DNA of 64,000 bases from Alphaproteobacteria bacterium (GCA_016869145.1 VGEU01000001.1:127237-191236); one strand, 5' to 3'. Positions 28,872 to 40,164 are shown, numbered from the stretch's first letter. Notes: generated by a model not told the origin, from the sequence alone. Numbers and translations: made by a program.

Positions 28872-31257
28872 TCAGGCCGACCGGGTGTGCCGCTCGCCTC
28901 CGGTGGCGGGGCCGCCCCCGAGCCCGTCCCACAGGCGCTCATCGCGGAGCGCCCGGCCGACCAGGCGGAAATCGGCCTCGATGCCGTCGATCCGCTCCGA
29001 TACCGCGCCCGCGGCCTCGGGTTCGGCCTCGATCGCCCTGGCGATCGCGGAGAGGCGCCCCGCGCCGACATTGGCGGCCGCGCTCTTGAGGCTGTGCGCG
29101 GCTCGGGCGAGCGCCGCGGTGTCGCGCGCCGAGTGCATGGACCGGAGCGCGGCGATCGACTTCTCCCCTTCGCTCAGGAACAGCGCACAGATACGCCGAG
29201 TCGCCGCCGGGCCGATCGATCGTGCCAGACCACGGAGAACGTCCTCGTCGACGACCGGACCGTCCCCGCGCTCGACCAACTCGATCACCGGCGCGGTTCG
29301 GGTCGCGCTCCGCCCGAGGACGCGCAACAGAACGGCGGCGAGCTGGGACCGATTGAAAGGCTTGGCGACGTAGTCGTCCATGCCGGCGTCACAGGAGCGC
29401 TCGACATCCTCGGCATGGGCGTTGGCGGTGCAGGCGACGATCGGGATCGACGCGCGGCCCGCCTCGAGCGTCCGGATCCGTTGCGTCGCAATGAGGCCGT
29501 CCATCTCCGGCATCTGGATGTCCATCAGGATCAGGTCGTAGTCGGCCGCGCAAACCGCCTCGACCGCTTCGCGGCCGTTCGCGGCGACATCGGCCGCGAT
29601 GCCGTGACGGATGAGCATCTGGGTCGCGACCAACTGGTTGGTCTGGTTGTCCTCCGCGACGAGAACGCGGAGCGTGTGACCACGATTGCGGATCCAGGCG
29701 CGGAGCTTCTCCTCGTCCGTTTCCGCCGCGTCGCCGGATGCCACGCCCACCGGCGCCTCGGTCGGCGCCAGCGCCGCGGTGAACCAGAACCGGCTTCCCG
29801 CCCCGGCTCGCTCGTAACGCCGATCTGGCCTCCCATCTGCTCGACGATGCGCCGCGAGATCGCGAGCCCGAGACCGGTTCCGCCGTGGCGCCGGCTGGTC
29901 AAGGAATCGCCCTGCGCGAACTCCTCGAACAGATGCGCCAACGCCTGGGGCGAAATGCCGAGCCGGTATCGACCACCTCGATCCGGATCCCCGGCGCGCC
30001 CGTGCGGACGGTCGTCGGCGACACGGAGACCGCGACGCGACCCTGATCGGTGCACTTGATCGCATTGCCGACGAGGTTGAGAACGACCTGGCGGAGCCGT
30101 CCCGGGTCGCCGAGCACCGCGCTCGGCGTCTCCGGCGCCGTCGACAGGGTGACGGACAGACCCTTCTCCTCGGCGCGCGGCCGGAGAATGTCGATCGCCT
30201 GCTCGATCGGCGCACGCAGATCGAAGGCGATCCGTTCGAGGTCGCGGCGCCCGGCCTCGCGCTTCGAGAAGTCGAGGACATCGTTCAGGATCCGCATCAA
30301 GGCGTCGGCCGAATCCCGGATCGTCGACGCCGCGCGGCGTTGATCGGCCGCCAGCGGTCCGTCGAGGATCAACCCCGTCATCCCGATGATCCCGTTCATC
30401 GGCGTCCGAATTTCGTGGCTCATCATCGCGAGAAAGGCCGATTTCGACTTCTCGCTGAGCTCGGCCTTTCGCGCCAGCATTTCCGCCTCGCCCCGCGCGG
30501 TCTCGAGCCGCGCGACATGGTCTTCGCGCTCGGCCTCGAGGCGTCGCACGATCTCGCGCACCGCGTAGCCGTAGACCAGGGTCATCAACGCGATCACGAT
30601 CACGAGCGAGCCCGCGATCTCGAGATAGCCGCGAAAGCGGTCGGCGGTCGCGAACTGGTCTTCGAGGATGCTCTCCTGGATGCCGCGGAGCTGGCGCGCC
30701 ATCGCAGCGCTCTCGTCGTGGACCTCTGCGAGGCTGCGATTGAGGACCGTGAGCTGATGCGATGCCGTGGCGCGCTGGGCGCGCTGCATGAACTCGAACA
30801 CGCGCTCGGACTGCTCGAGCACGGCTTCCACGGCGACGTCGATTTGTCCGATATGGGGCCGCACCAGCCGCCCTTGCTCCGGCGACACGGCGAGCCGATC
30901 GATCGCCTCGGTGAATTCACTGAGGCGTTTGGTGAAGACGTCATGCGCCTGGTCGCGCCGGACGCGCTCGCGGTCGACATCGTCGCTCTCGCACACATCG
31001 CTCGCGGGCGACGCCACCCGTTCCGCCGCCCGCTCGATCTCCTCCAGACGGTGGAACGGATCGCCCCACGCCCGGTTGAACTCGACGGAGGCGCGATGGA
31101 GTTCGGCCGTGCGGTGGCCGATCCAGAGTGCCGCCCCGACGGAGACGACGTTGAGGATCGCGACCATATAGAGAACGATGTGCCAGCCCGGCGTACCGCG
31201 CGCGCGTTTCGGGGGCAGATCGGATGGAGAATGGCCGGACGGCATGCGGCGCCTCAA
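28872..31257 (-). pseudogene. hybrid sensor histidine kinase / response regulator with Hpt domain, frameshifted twice
   Basis: HisKA ([11 protein letters not shown]) and the start of HATPase are in frame A (29899-31257). The G2 box ([19 protein letters not shown]) is in frame B (29531-30055). The REC domain ([11 protein letters not shown]...ILMDIQMPEMDG) and Hpt (HSLKSAAANVGA) are in frame C (28872-30281). Frame A to B switches inside the DTGIGI motif, which reads VVDTG / [15 protein letters not shown], consistent with a 1-nt deletion. Frame B to C switches in the cggggcggg run near 29800. Confidence 0.7.
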
Positions 31258-31319
31258 GTGCTGGTCGCGCCGCCATACTCGAAGCTATTGGTTAACTCAT
31301 CCTGAAATGGCGCGCCCGC

Positions 31320-32336
31320 CTAACGCTCCCCGGGCATCGGTGGCCGGTCGGTCTTATGGGCGGTCCGCATCAGCTTGTCGAGATAGTAGCCGTCGAACGG
31401 CACTGGCGGATATTTCGCCTCACCGTCACCGCGGCAAGTCTCGATGCAGCGTATCTCGGCGTCGTAGTTCGGATTGTGAAAGAACACCAGCGATATCCGG
31501 TCTTCCGCGGCGTCGTCGGGCGGCAGCGCCACGCGATGCAGGTTCGACACCCAGTGGTCATTGGTCCAGCGCATCATCACATCGCCGATATTGCACACGA
31601 ACCCATCTTCGGGCCGGGTGACCTCGATCCAATCGCCGTTGCGATGACGCACCTGCAAACCGCCGGAGCGGTTGTCGCCGCGGAGAATGGTGATGGTGCC
31701 GTAATCGGTATGCGCCCCGGCGCGCAGTTGGCCCGGTTCCGGTGCCTGCACCCGACCGGGATAGCGGATGAGCCGCAGGTTCGGGGTCGGGCGGTCGATG
31801 AGGGTGTCGAAGAACCGCTCCTCGATGCCGAGCGCCAGGGCGAACAGCCGCATCATCTCGGTCGCGAGGGAGTCCATCCTCTGGAAATAGGACAGCATGC
31901 ACGGGCGAAGCCGCGCCGGGCGTGTCGGCCAAATGTTCGGCGCATAGAAACCGCGCGCCCTTCGGTCCCGGTAATAGGGCAAATCGGGCAACGGTTCAGG
32001 GCCGATGACAAAGCTCTCATGAAGGTCGGGCGGTGTCACTTCGCCATAGGAGTAGGCGAGCGCCCGGTCTCCGACCCAGGAATAGCCGCGCGCCACCCGG
32101 TCGGGCGGCCGAGACACTGCGCGCTTCTCGGCATCGGGCAGCGCGAAGAATTCGACCGCCTCTGCCCGTGTCTCCGCGATCAGACTTTCCGGGACGCCGT
32201 GACCGACGATGGAAAAGAAACCGACGTCGACCAGCGCGGACTCGATCGCCCGCGCCACCGCGAGCCGCGCGGCGCGCTCTCCCGCGAGCGCGCCGCTCAG
32301 ATCGATAACGGGAACCGGATGGTTCATGGGTAACAC
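31320..32336 (-). CDS. 2OG-Fe(II) oxygenase (isopenicillin-N-synthase-like family)
   Basis: N-terminal VPVIDLS motif and HxD...H iron triad (HTDYGTITIL ... HRV). Confidence 0.8.
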   Translation of the reverse strand: MLPMNHPVPVIDLSGALAGERAARLAVARAIESALVDVGFFSIVGHGVPESLIAETRAEAVEFFALPDAEKRAVSRPPDRVARGYSWVGDRALAYSYGEVTPPDLHESFVIGPEPLPDLPYYRDRRARGFYAPNIWPTRPARLRPCMLSYFQRMDSLATEMMRLFALALGIEERFFDTLIDRPTPNLRLIRYPGRVQAPEPGQLRAGAHTDYGTITILRGDNRSGGLQVRHRNGDWIEVTRPEDGFVCNIGDVMMRWTNDHWVSNLHRVALPPDDAAEDRISLVFFHNPNYDAEIRCIETCRGDGEAKYPPVPFDGYYLDKLMRTAHKTDRPPMPGER

Positions 32337-32462
32337 CTATCACACCGCGTCGGCGATGTAAGCGCCGAGCGAATTGGTCGCGATCCGGGCGAACCATTTT
32401 CTTGCGAGGGGTCCCTCGTTCGTGCAAGATCCCGCCGAGCCACGGTGGCAGAACGATCACCC

Positions 32463-33257
32463 ATGACCAAATTGCTCAGCGCACAGGAAGTCGAGCGGTT
32501 CAGGCGGGACGGATACCTGTTCCCTTACCGCGCGATCAGCGAGGCGAAGGCCGCCGACAGCCTGCGCCAGCTCGCGGACTACGAGGCCACGCTCGGCCAC
32601 GAAGCGCAGAACCATGTTCGGTTCAAGTTTCACCTCGTCTTCAACTGGGCGCTCGAGATCGCGCGCAACGAGACCATTCTCGATGCCGTCGAGGATCTGA
32701 TCGGACCCGACATCCTCTTGTTCGCCGGCTCGATCTGGACCAAGAACGCGCACGACCCGCGCTTTGTCGCCTGGCATCAGGACTCCGCCTATTTCGGGCT
32801 CGACCCGCATGATGAAGTGACCGCCTGGGTGGCGATCAGCGACAGCCGGAGCGATAACGGCTGCCTGCGATATCTGCCCCAGTCGCATCACGGCGCCGAC
32901 ATGACCCACATCGAGAAAAAGGGCGACAACAATCTCCTGGTGTTCGGGCAGCGGATCGAAGGCATCGCGGACGAGCGCGGCATCGATGCGGAGCTCGCGC
33001 CGGGTGAATTCACGCTCCATCACGAGCGTACCGCCCATAGCTCGCGCCCCAATGTCTCGGACCGGCGGCGGGTCGGGCTGTCGCTGTTCTATATTCCGGC
33101 GCATGTGCGGTCGACCGGCGCGCGACGGTCTGCCCTTCTCGTTCGCGGCAAGGACAAATACGGCCATTGGGATCCGGATCCCCTGCCGCGCTACGACCTC
33201 GATCCGATCACGTTCGAGCACATGAAAAAGTGCCTGGGAGGCTATCTGCACGGCTGA
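32463..33257 (+). CDS. phytanoyl-CoA dioxygenase (PhyH) family protein
   Basis: PhyH-like sequence (WHQDSAYF, HHERTAHSS). Confidence 0.8.
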   Translation: MTKLLSAQEVERFRRDGYLFPYRAISEAKAADSLRQLADYEATLGHEAQNHVRFKFHLVFNWALEIARNETILDAVEDLIGPDILLFAGSIWTKNAHDPRFVAWHQDSAYFGLDPHDEVTAWVAISDSRSDNGCLRYLPQSHHGADMTHIEKKGDNNLLVFGQRIEGIADERGIDAELAPGEFTLHHERTAHSSRPNVSDRRRVGLSLFYIPAHVRSTGARRSALLVRGKDKYGHWDPDPLPRYDLDPITFEHMKKCLGGYLHG

Positions 33258-33321
33258 GCGTACCCACACGCGTAGCAAGTCGCGTACCCAATCGCACAAA
33301 AGAGATGAGGACACCCAGGGC

Positions 33322-34347
33322 ATGAAAACCAAGCCGTCACAGAAGACCATTGGGCGACGCAGCTTCGTCAAGCGCAGCGCCGCGGCGGCCATCGGCACAG
33401 GCGTCGCGATCACCGGCTTTCCCGCGATCGGCTCAACCCCGCGGAGGCTTCGCTACGTCACCTTCATCAACCGCAACAGCGTGTGGGGAAAGCCCTACGA
33501 TATCCTCGCGGCCGAAGTGGACAAGATTGCCGGCGGGGAACTGAAGATCGACTTTGCCGGCGGGTCGGAAGTCGTCGACGGGTTCGACGCGCCGGAAGCG
33601 GTGGCGAAGGGCGTGTTCGACATCTGCCACACGGCGAACGCCTTCTACGCCGGCGCCATGCCGTCCTCGATCTCGCTCGCCAGCGGGACGGCCTCGGTCG
33701 AGAAGCTGCGCGCGAGCGGCGCGCTCGACGCCTACGCGGACGTGTTGATGCAGCGCCGTGGCGTCATCCTGCTCGGCGTGCCGATGAGCGGCGTGGGCTA
33801 TGTATTCCAGACCCGCTTCAGGCCGGACACGCTTGCCGCGTACAAGGGCAAGAAGATCCGCTCGATCCCGCTCTACGATCCGATCCTGCAGGCGCTCGGT
33901 GCGATTCCGGTCACCACATCGCCCGCCGAGGCCTACACCGCACTGGAACGTGGCGTGGTCGACGGTCTCGGCTGGCCGGATATCGGGCTCCTGGACTTCA
34001 AGTTCTACGAGCACGCCAAGTTCATCATGGCGCCGACTTATTATCAGCTGCGAACCGTGACACTGATCAATCCGAACAGCTTCAACAGGCTGCCGAAGGA
34101 GTTGCAGGACATTCTGGTCAAGGCGTCTCGGTCGGCCGACCAGGTCGGCGCGGCCTGGTGCAAGGAGCAGCGCGATTCCGAGCACGCCCAGATGAACAAG
34201 CATGGCTTGCAGATTGTTCAACTTGGTGCGGGGGACACGAAGCAATTCGTCGACCTCACCGAAGAGAAACTCTGGAGCCAGATCCTGAGGCAGTCGCCCC
34301 AGGACGGTGCCCGACTAAAGGCGTTGTTCGACAAGGCAGCCGCTTGA
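33322..34347 (+). CDS. dctP: TRAP transporter substrate-binding protein DctP (Tat signal)
   Basis: RRSFVKR twin-arginine signal; DctP-family sequence; followed by dctQ and dctM. Confidence 0.85.
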   Translation: MKTKPSQKTIGRRSFVKRSAAAAIGTGVAITGFPAIGSTPRRLRYVTFINRNSVWGKPYDILAAEVDKIAGGELKIDFAGGSEVVDGFDAPEAVAKGVFDICHTANAFYAGAMPSSISLASGTASVEKLRASGALDAYADVLMQRRGVILLGVPMSGVGYVFQTRFRPDTLAAYKGKKIRSIPLYDPILQALGAIPVTTSPAEAYTALERGVVDGLGWPDIGLLDFKFYEHAKFIMAPTYYQLRTVTLINPNSFNRLPKELQDILVKASRSADQVGAAWCKEQRDSEHAQMNKHGLQIVQLGAGDTKQFVDLTEEKLWSQILRQSPQDGARLKALFDKAAA

Positions 34348-34398
34348 TCGCGTGACGACGTCCGATAGGCTCGGTTCGCTGCAAACGAAACGCACCCA

Positions 34399-34926
34399 GT
34401 GCCGATGTTCCTGAAGTCGATCGAATGGATCAGCCGCGGCGGCGCGTACGCCGCGGCGATCCTCATCTTCACGATGAGCTTCTGGATCACCTACGACGTC
34501 CTCGGCCGCTGGCTCTTGGGGCTGGGCTCGCCGTGGGCGTTCGACCTCTCCGAGTATTCGCTGGTCTGGATGACGTTTCTCGCGGCGCCCTGGATCCTGC
34601 ACCGCGACGGTCATGTCCGCATCGAGATCGTGCTGGATGCGGTCGGACCCCGCGTTCAACGGGTGCTGGGCGTCGTCGTGACGGTGATCGCGTTCGTGGC
34701 CTGCGCCATCCTGACCTGGCGGACGGGCATTGCCGCGATCGAGTATTATCAGAATGATGTCATGATGGCGCGGATCTGGTACATCCCGCGGATTTGGCCG
34801 TATTGCATCATCCCGATCGGCAGCGCGTTCTTGTGCCTCGTCTTCCTGGCACGTCTGCGGCTCTATCTGACCGAACCGGACCCAGAGGCCGTCTTGCGTC
34901 GCCGCGCCGGCTCAGCCCACCACTAG
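34399..34926 (+). CDS. dctQ: TRAP transporter small permease DctQ
   Basis: 175 aa with four TM helices, between dctP and dctM. Confidence 0.8.
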   Translation: MPMFLKSIEWISRGGAYAAAILIFTMSFWITYDVLGRWLLGLGSPWAFDLSEYSLVWMTFLAAPWILHRDGHVRIEIVLDAVGPRVQRVLGVVVTVIAFVACAILTWRTGIAAIEYYQNDVMMARIWYIPRIWPYCIIPIGSAFLCLVFLARLRLYLTEPDPEAVLRRRAGSAHH

Positions 34927-34942
34927 ATGGCGCGGCAGAGCC

Positions 34943-36259
34943 ATGGAGATCGAGTGGTACACATTCCTGACGCTGACCTTCTGCCTGCTCGTGCTGGTCT
35001 TGGCGAGCGGGCTTCCGGTCGCGTTCGGGTTTCTCATCCTTAACATCATCGGGCTCTATTTCTTCCTCGGTGGCGAGAATGCGTTGTCGCTTATGGCGAC
35101 CAGCGCGTTCTCCTCGATCGGACAATTCGCCCTCATCCCGATTCCGCTATTCATCCTGATGGGTGAGATCCTCATGCGGACGGGGCTGGCCGCCATGACC
35201 GTTACCGCCGCCGACCATTGGATCGGTCGCCTGCCCGGGCGCCTCGCCGTGTCGTCGGTCGGCGGCGGCACCCTGTTCGGCGCGCTGAGTGGCGCCAGCA
35301 TGGCGTCCGTCGCCATGCTCGGGTCGACGCTCGTGCCCGAGATGAAGAAGCGCGACTACCAGTCCGAGTTTTCGGTCGGGTCGATCCTCGCCGGCGGCGG
35401 GCTCGCGGTCCTCATCCCGCCGAGTGCGCTTGGCGTCCTCCTCGGTGCCTTGGCGAAATTGTCGATCGCCAAGTTGCTGGTCGCCGGGTTGCTGCCGGGG
35501 CTGCTTCTGGCGGGGCTCTATTTCATCTACTTCATCGTCCGTGCCAAATTGCAGCCCCATCTGGCGCCGCCTTATCTCGCGCCCCCGGTGCCGATGCGCG
35601 CGAGACTGAGGAGCCTTGTGGCCATCACGCCGCTCCTCAGCCTTGTGGTAATAGTGACGGGGTTCATCTTTCTCGGAATCGCGACACCGTCCGAATCGGC
35701 CGCGATGGGGGTCGTCGCGACGCTGATCCTCGCCGCAGGCTATCGCACACTGACCCGGCGAGCACTGCTCGAGGCGCTGATGTCGACGGCATCGACCACG
35801 TCGATGATTCTGCTGGTCATCGTCGGCTCGGCCGGGTTCAGCCAGATCCTCGCCGCCACCGGCGCGACATCCTCCCTGGTGGACGCGATCGCCGAGCTCG
35901 GCCTGTCGCCGCTCACTATGGTCATCATCATGCAATTGATGGTCCTGGTGCTCGGCTGCTTCATCGACACGATTTCCATCATGATGGTGTCGATACCGGT
36001 CTTCATGCCGGTCGTTCTGGCGATGGGCATCGATCCGATCTGGTTCGCGGTGTTGATCCTCGTGCAGCTCGAGCTAGCCGGGATCACACCGCCGTTCGGC
36101 GTCTTGCTGTTCGTCATGAAGGGCGTCCAGCCGTCGCTCTCCATCCGCGAGATCTACCGGGCGACGCTGCCGATCGTGCTCATCCAGCTCGTGCTGGTCG
36201 CGCTTCTGATGATGTTTCCGGGAATCGTGACGGTGCTGCCGTTGATGATGGACCGTTAG
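34943..36259 (+). CDS. dctM: TRAP transporter large permease DctM
   Basis: 438 aa multi-TM protein of the DctM family. Confidence 0.85.
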   Translation: MEIEWYTFLTLTFCLLVLVLASGLPVAFGFLILNIIGLYFFLGGENALSLMATSAFSSIGQFALIPIPLFILMGEILMRTGLAAMTVTAADHWIGRLPGRLAVSSVGGGTLFGALSGASMASVAMLGSTLVPEMKKRDYQSEFSVGSILAGGGLAVLIPPSALGVLLGALAKLSIAKLLVAGLLPGLLLAGLYFIYFIVRAKLQPHLAPPYLAPPVPMRARLRSLVAITPLLSLVVIVTGFIFLGIATPSESAAMGVVATLILAAGYRTLTRRALLEALMSTASTTSMILLVIVGSAGFSQILAATGATSSLVDAIAELGLSPLTMVIIMQLMVLVLGCFIDTISIMMVSIPVFMPVVLAMGIDPIWFAVLILVQLELAGITPPFGVLLFVMKGVQPSLSIREIYRATLPIVLIQLVLVALLMMFPGIVTVLPLMMDR

Positions 36260-36334
36260 CGCGGCGCTTGGGCCAGAGATTCCGGCCGAAATGAATGGAT
36301 CGGCGCGACGGAATGCGCCCGTCCAAGACGCTCT

Positions 36335-37171
36335 CTAGACCGCCGGCCGATCGCCCTTGATCGAACGGCCCTCGAGAAAATCGGACACCAGCGCGTTGAA
36401 GGCCGGGGCCGCCTCGAAATAGGGGCCGTGCCCGGTCTCCGGGATCTCGCGATAGAGCGCCGGCTCGAGGAGCGTGCGCGCGCGGTGACCGACGGCGGGC
36501 GGAATGGCCCGATCCTCCGTGCCCCATATGATCGCGATCGGTTTCTTCGGACGGAGCGCGGCGAGACGGGGCCCGACCACGTGGTCGTCGATCGGTCCTG
36601 CGAGGTAGCGCGCGATCGCCGCGAAGGCGCCGCCGGCGCCGACGGAGTTGTTGATCCGCCATTCCTCCTCGATCCACGCCGGCGTCACCAGCGCGGGATC
36701 ATGGATCACGGTCTTGAGCTTTCGTTCTATCCCCTCGCGCGTGACCGTCGCGAAGCGGCCGCTCAGATTGGCGCACGCCTCCGGTCCCAACGGGCTCATG
36801 CCGATCGTGCCGACCAGCACCAGCGCGGTGACCCGCTCGGGCGCCCGGCACGCCATCTCGCCGGCGATGAATCCCCCGAGCGAGGTGCCGACGAGCGCCG
36901 CGGCACCGACCCTGAGCTCGTCCATCAGCCCGAGCACCCAGCGCGCGAGGTTGGGCACATTGAAGGGGAACCCGTCGCCCTTATCGGCGAAACCGTGACC
37001 CGGGAGATCGAACGCGATCGCACGCCGGCCGGTGGCGGCGATCGGCTCCAGGTTACGCCGCCAGCGATCCGCCCGCGCGCCGAGGCCATGGATGAAAACG
37101 CATGGCGGGCCGCTTCCGACGTCGAGGACGCGGGTTTCCGTCCCATCGAACGCGCATGGATAGGAGATCAT
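36335..37171 (-). CDS. alpha/beta-fold hydrolase
   Basis: HGLG oxyanion motif (VFIHGLGA) and nucleophile elbow GTSLGG; start at MISYPC (the ORF extends further, in a poor frame). Confidence 0.75.
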   Translation of the reverse strand: MISYPCAFDGTETRVLDVGSGPPCVFIHGLGARADRWRRNLEPIAATGRRAIAFDLPGHGFADKGDGFPFNVPNLARWVLGLMDELRVGAAALVGTSLGGFIAGEMACRAPERVTALVLVGTIGMSPLGPEACANLSGRFATVTREGIERKLKTVIHDPALVTPAWIEEEWRINNSVGAGGAFAAIARYLAGPIDDHVVGPRLAALRPKKPIAIIWGTEDRAIPPAVGHRARTLLEPALYREIPETGHGPYFEAAPAFNALVSDFLEGRSIKGDRPAV

Positions 37172-37308
37172 GATCACGCCCCTCCCGGAGTGGCGACCGT
37201 GTCGCCGGTCGGTCCTTCCTTGTTCGACCGAACGGTAGCATGCTACCAAACACGACAAGCCCAGGCTCGCCCGGAGAGCGTCACACCGGCGAGCGAAGGA
37301 GACGAACC

Positions 37309-38319
37309 ATGATCCGTTGCCTCCGTTTCGCCCTCGCCCTCCTCGCCGTGGCGGGCCTCGCCGCCCCCGCGGCCGCACAGCGCGACGTGAAGTTCGTCCT
37401 CGACTGGGCGTTCCAGTCGAACCACGCGTTCTTCACCCTCGCCGACGATACCGGGCTTTTCAACAAAGAAGGGCTCCGCGTCAAGATCGACCGCGGCTAC
37501 GGTTCGGCCGACACCATCAACAAGGTCGCGGCCGGCACCTACGAGTTCGGTTTCGCCGACATGAACCTCCTCGTCGAGTTCAACAGCAAGAACCCCGACA
37601 ACAAGGTCATCGCGGTGTTCGTGAGCCTCGATTCGACGCTCAACGGGATCGTCGCGCTCGCGAAATCGGGCATCCGGACGCCCAAGGACCTCGAGGGCAA
37701 GCGTATCGCCGCCCCGGCCGCCGACAACAGCCGCGTGCTGTTCCCGATCTTCGCCACCGCGAACAAGATCGACGCCGCCTCGATCCGCTGGCTGTCCGTC
37801 CAGCCCAATGTGCGGGACGGGCTCCTCATGAGCGGCGAGGCCGACGCGGTCGCCTCGTTCACGACGACGACCATTCTCGCGCTCGAAGCCCTCGGCATCC
37901 CGCAGAAGGATCTCGTCGTGATGCGCTACGCCGATCTCGGCGTCGACATGTTCGCGACCGCGGTCGTCGTCGCCGAGAAATTCGCCCTGGCCAATCCCGA
38001 TCTCGTGCGCGGCTTCATCCGCGCCGCGGTCGCCGGCACCAAGGCCTCGCTCGCCGATCAGAAGGCGTCCATCGCCTCGATCAAGAAGCGCGACAGCCTG
38101 ATCAAGGAGGACGTGGAGAACAAGCGCTTCGATCTGGTGCGCGATCTCGCCGTCGTCACCCCGTCGGTCAAGGCGAACGGGCTCAGCCATGTCGATCCCG
38201 CGCGTCTTGCACGCACGATCGGTTTCGTCGCGCAGTCGATGGCGGGCGGCGCGACGATCAAGCCGACCGACGTCTTCCGCGGCGACTGGCTGCCGCCGCA
38301 GGCCGACCGCAAGCTCTGA
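37309..38319 (+). CDS. ABC transporter substrate-binding protein (NMT1/SsuA/TauA-like)
   Basis: Signal peptide MIRCLRFALALLAVAGLAAPAAAQ; NitT/TauT-type SBP sequence. Confidence 0.75.
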   Translation: MIRCLRFALALLAVAGLAAPAAAQRDVKFVLDWAFQSNHAFFTLADDTGLFNKEGLRVKIDRGYGSADTINKVAAGTYEFGFADMNLLVEFNSKNPDNKVIAVFVSLDSTLNGIVALAKSGIRTPKDLEGKRIAAPAADNSRVLFPIFATANKIDAASIRWLSVQPNVRDGLLMSGEADAVASFTTTTILALEALGIPQKDLVVMRYADLGVDMFATAVVVAEKFALANPDLVRGFIRAAVAGTKASLADQKASIASIKKRDSLIKEDVENKRFDLVRDLAVVTPSVKANGLSHVDPARLARTIGFVAQSMAGGATIKPTDVFRGDWLPPQADRKL

Positions 38320-38356
38320 TCCGCCGCGAGGCGGAGGCGCACCGAGGAGACCGCCC

Positions 38357-39610
38357 ATGACCGCGAGCGAGCCGCAACCGACCGTCGCGTGGCCCAAGGA
38401 GGGGATCACCCGCATCCCCTACGGGCTCTATTTCGAGCCGGCGATCCACGAGGCGGAGATGCAGCGCATCTTCCGCGGCCCGGTGTGGAATTTCCTCGGG
38501 CTCGATGTCGAGGTGCCGAACCCGGGCGATTACCGTCTCGCCGAGATCGGCGACACCTCGGTCATCCTCGTCCGGAACGGCACGGGCGCGCTTCGCGCCT
38601 TCGTCAATCGCTGCGCCCACAAGGGCACGCAGCTTTTGTACGAGCCGTTCGGCTCGGTGAAGGAGCTGATGTGCATCTACCACAACTGGCTCTACAACCT
38701 CGACGGCGCGCTCCAGAGCGTGCCCTTCGCGAAGGGCCTCAACGGCAAGGGCGGCATGCCGGGCACGTTCTGCCACGCCGATCACGGGCTCACCGCGCTC
38801 CGGGTCGAGACCATCAACGGCCTCGTCTTCGGCACGTTCAGCGACCGCGTCGAGCCGCTCCGCGACTATTTCAGCCCCGTCTTCATCCACAACACCGAGC
38901 GCGTCGCCAACCGGCCGTTCCGGGTCCTCGGCTATTACAGCCAGTGGCTCGATTCCAACTGGAAGCTCTATTGGGAGAACACCTCCGACCCCTATCACGC
39001 GACGATCCTCCACGGCTGGGCGACCAAGCTCAAGCTCAACCGCTTCACGATGGAGGGCGCGATCGAGATGAGCGCCAATGGCTGGCATCATTTCAGCTGG
39101 TCGAAGATGGCGACCGACCAGGGCGGCGAGATCTATGACGGCCGCGAATTCCGCACCGGGACCGCGAACTATAGCGGCTTCGGGCTCAACGACCCCTCGG
39201 TCATCGAGCAGTGGGACGACTACGGCGACGGCATCACGACCGCGATCCAGACCGCGTTCCCGAACTTCGTGCTGCAGCAGATCCACAACACCGTCGCCAC
39301 CCGCACGATCGTCCCGCGCGGGCCGCTCGCCTCCGAGCTCAAGTGGACGATCCTCGGCTACGCCGACGACGACGAGCGCAAGACCGCGATCCGCATCAAG
39401 CAGGGCAACCTCATCGGCCCGTCCGGCTACATCTCGATGGAAGACGGGATGGTCGGCGCCCTCGTCCAGCGCGGCATCGCGGGCGACAAGGACAAGGCGG
39501 CGGTGATCGAGATGGACGGCCGCTCGATCGAGACCATCCGCGGCTCGCGCGCCTCCGAGTGCGGCGTGCGCGGCTTCTACACCGGCTATCGCGCCTTGAT
39601 GGGGCTCTGA
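38357..39610 (+). CDS. Rieske aromatic-ring-hydroxylating dioxygenase alpha subunit
   Basis: Rieske motif CAHKG...CIYHNW and a large catalytic domain; beta subunit gene follows 1 bp downstream. Confidence 0.85.
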   Translation: MTASEPQPTVAWPKEGITRIPYGLYFEPAIHEAEMQRIFRGPVWNFLGLDVEVPNPGDYRLAEIGDTSVILVRNGTGALRAFVNRCAHKGTQLLYEPFGSVKELMCIYHNWLYNLDGALQSVPFAKGLNGKGGMPGTFCHADHGLTALRVETINGLVFGTFSDRVEPLRDYFSPVFIHNTERVANRPFRVLGYYSQWLDSNWKLYWENTSDPYHATILHGWATKLKLNRFTMEGAIEMSANGWHHFSWSKMATDQGGEIYDGREFRTGTANYSGFGLNDPSVIEQWDDYGDGITTAIQTAFPNFVLQQIHNTVATRTIVPRGPLASELKWTILGYADDDERKTAIRIKQGNLIGPSGYISMEDGMVGALVQRGIAGDKDKAAVIEMDGRSIETIRGSRASECGVRGFYTGYRALMGL

Positions 39611-39611
39611 G

Positions 39612-40115
39612 GTGACCGGCGCCGCCACGATCCAGCTCGCCGCCGATCACGCCCACGTGCCGGCACCGATCACCGCGCTCTTCGCCGACTACGCGCACGC
39701 GATCGACGGCGGGCGGATCGAAGATTGGCCCGACTTCTTCACCGATCCCTGCCTCTACAAGATCACGACGCGCGAGAACGTGGAGCGTCGGCTGCCGGCG
39801 GCGATCCTCCTCTGCGACAGCCGCGGCATGCTGCTCGACCGCGTCGCCTCGGTGCGGCGTGCGAACATCTTCGAGCCGCACCGCTACCGTCATTTCGTGA
39901 GCGCGATCCGCGTCACCGAGACCGGCCCGGGCTATATCCGGCTGCAGTCGAACTACCTGATCGTCCGCACCATGGCGAACGGGACCATGGCCGTGTTCTC
40001 GACCGGGGAATATCTCGACAAGGTCGTCCCGGTCGGCGATTCGCCGCGCTTCGCCGAGCGCGTGGTCGTGTGCGATCACAGCGTCATCAACAATCTGATC
40101 GCGCTCCCGATATGA
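39612..40115 (+). CDS. aromatic-ring-hydroxylating dioxygenase beta subunit (SnoaL-like fold)
   Basis: 167 aa with beta-subunit-like sequence (DWPDFFTDPCLYKITTRENVERR); GTG start abutting the alpha stop. Confidence 0.75.
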   Translation: MTGAATIQLAADHAHVPAPITALFADYAHAIDGGRIEDWPDFFTDPCLYKITTRENVERRLPAAILLCDSRGMLLDRVASVRRANIFEPHRYRHFVSAIRVTETGPGYIRLQSNYLIVRTMANGTMAVFSTGEYLDKVVPVGDSPRFAERVVVCDHSVINNLIALPI

Positions 40116-40164
40116 CAACCGACCCGGCACGGCGATCGGGGTCGGCGCGCGTCGGCCCGGAATC

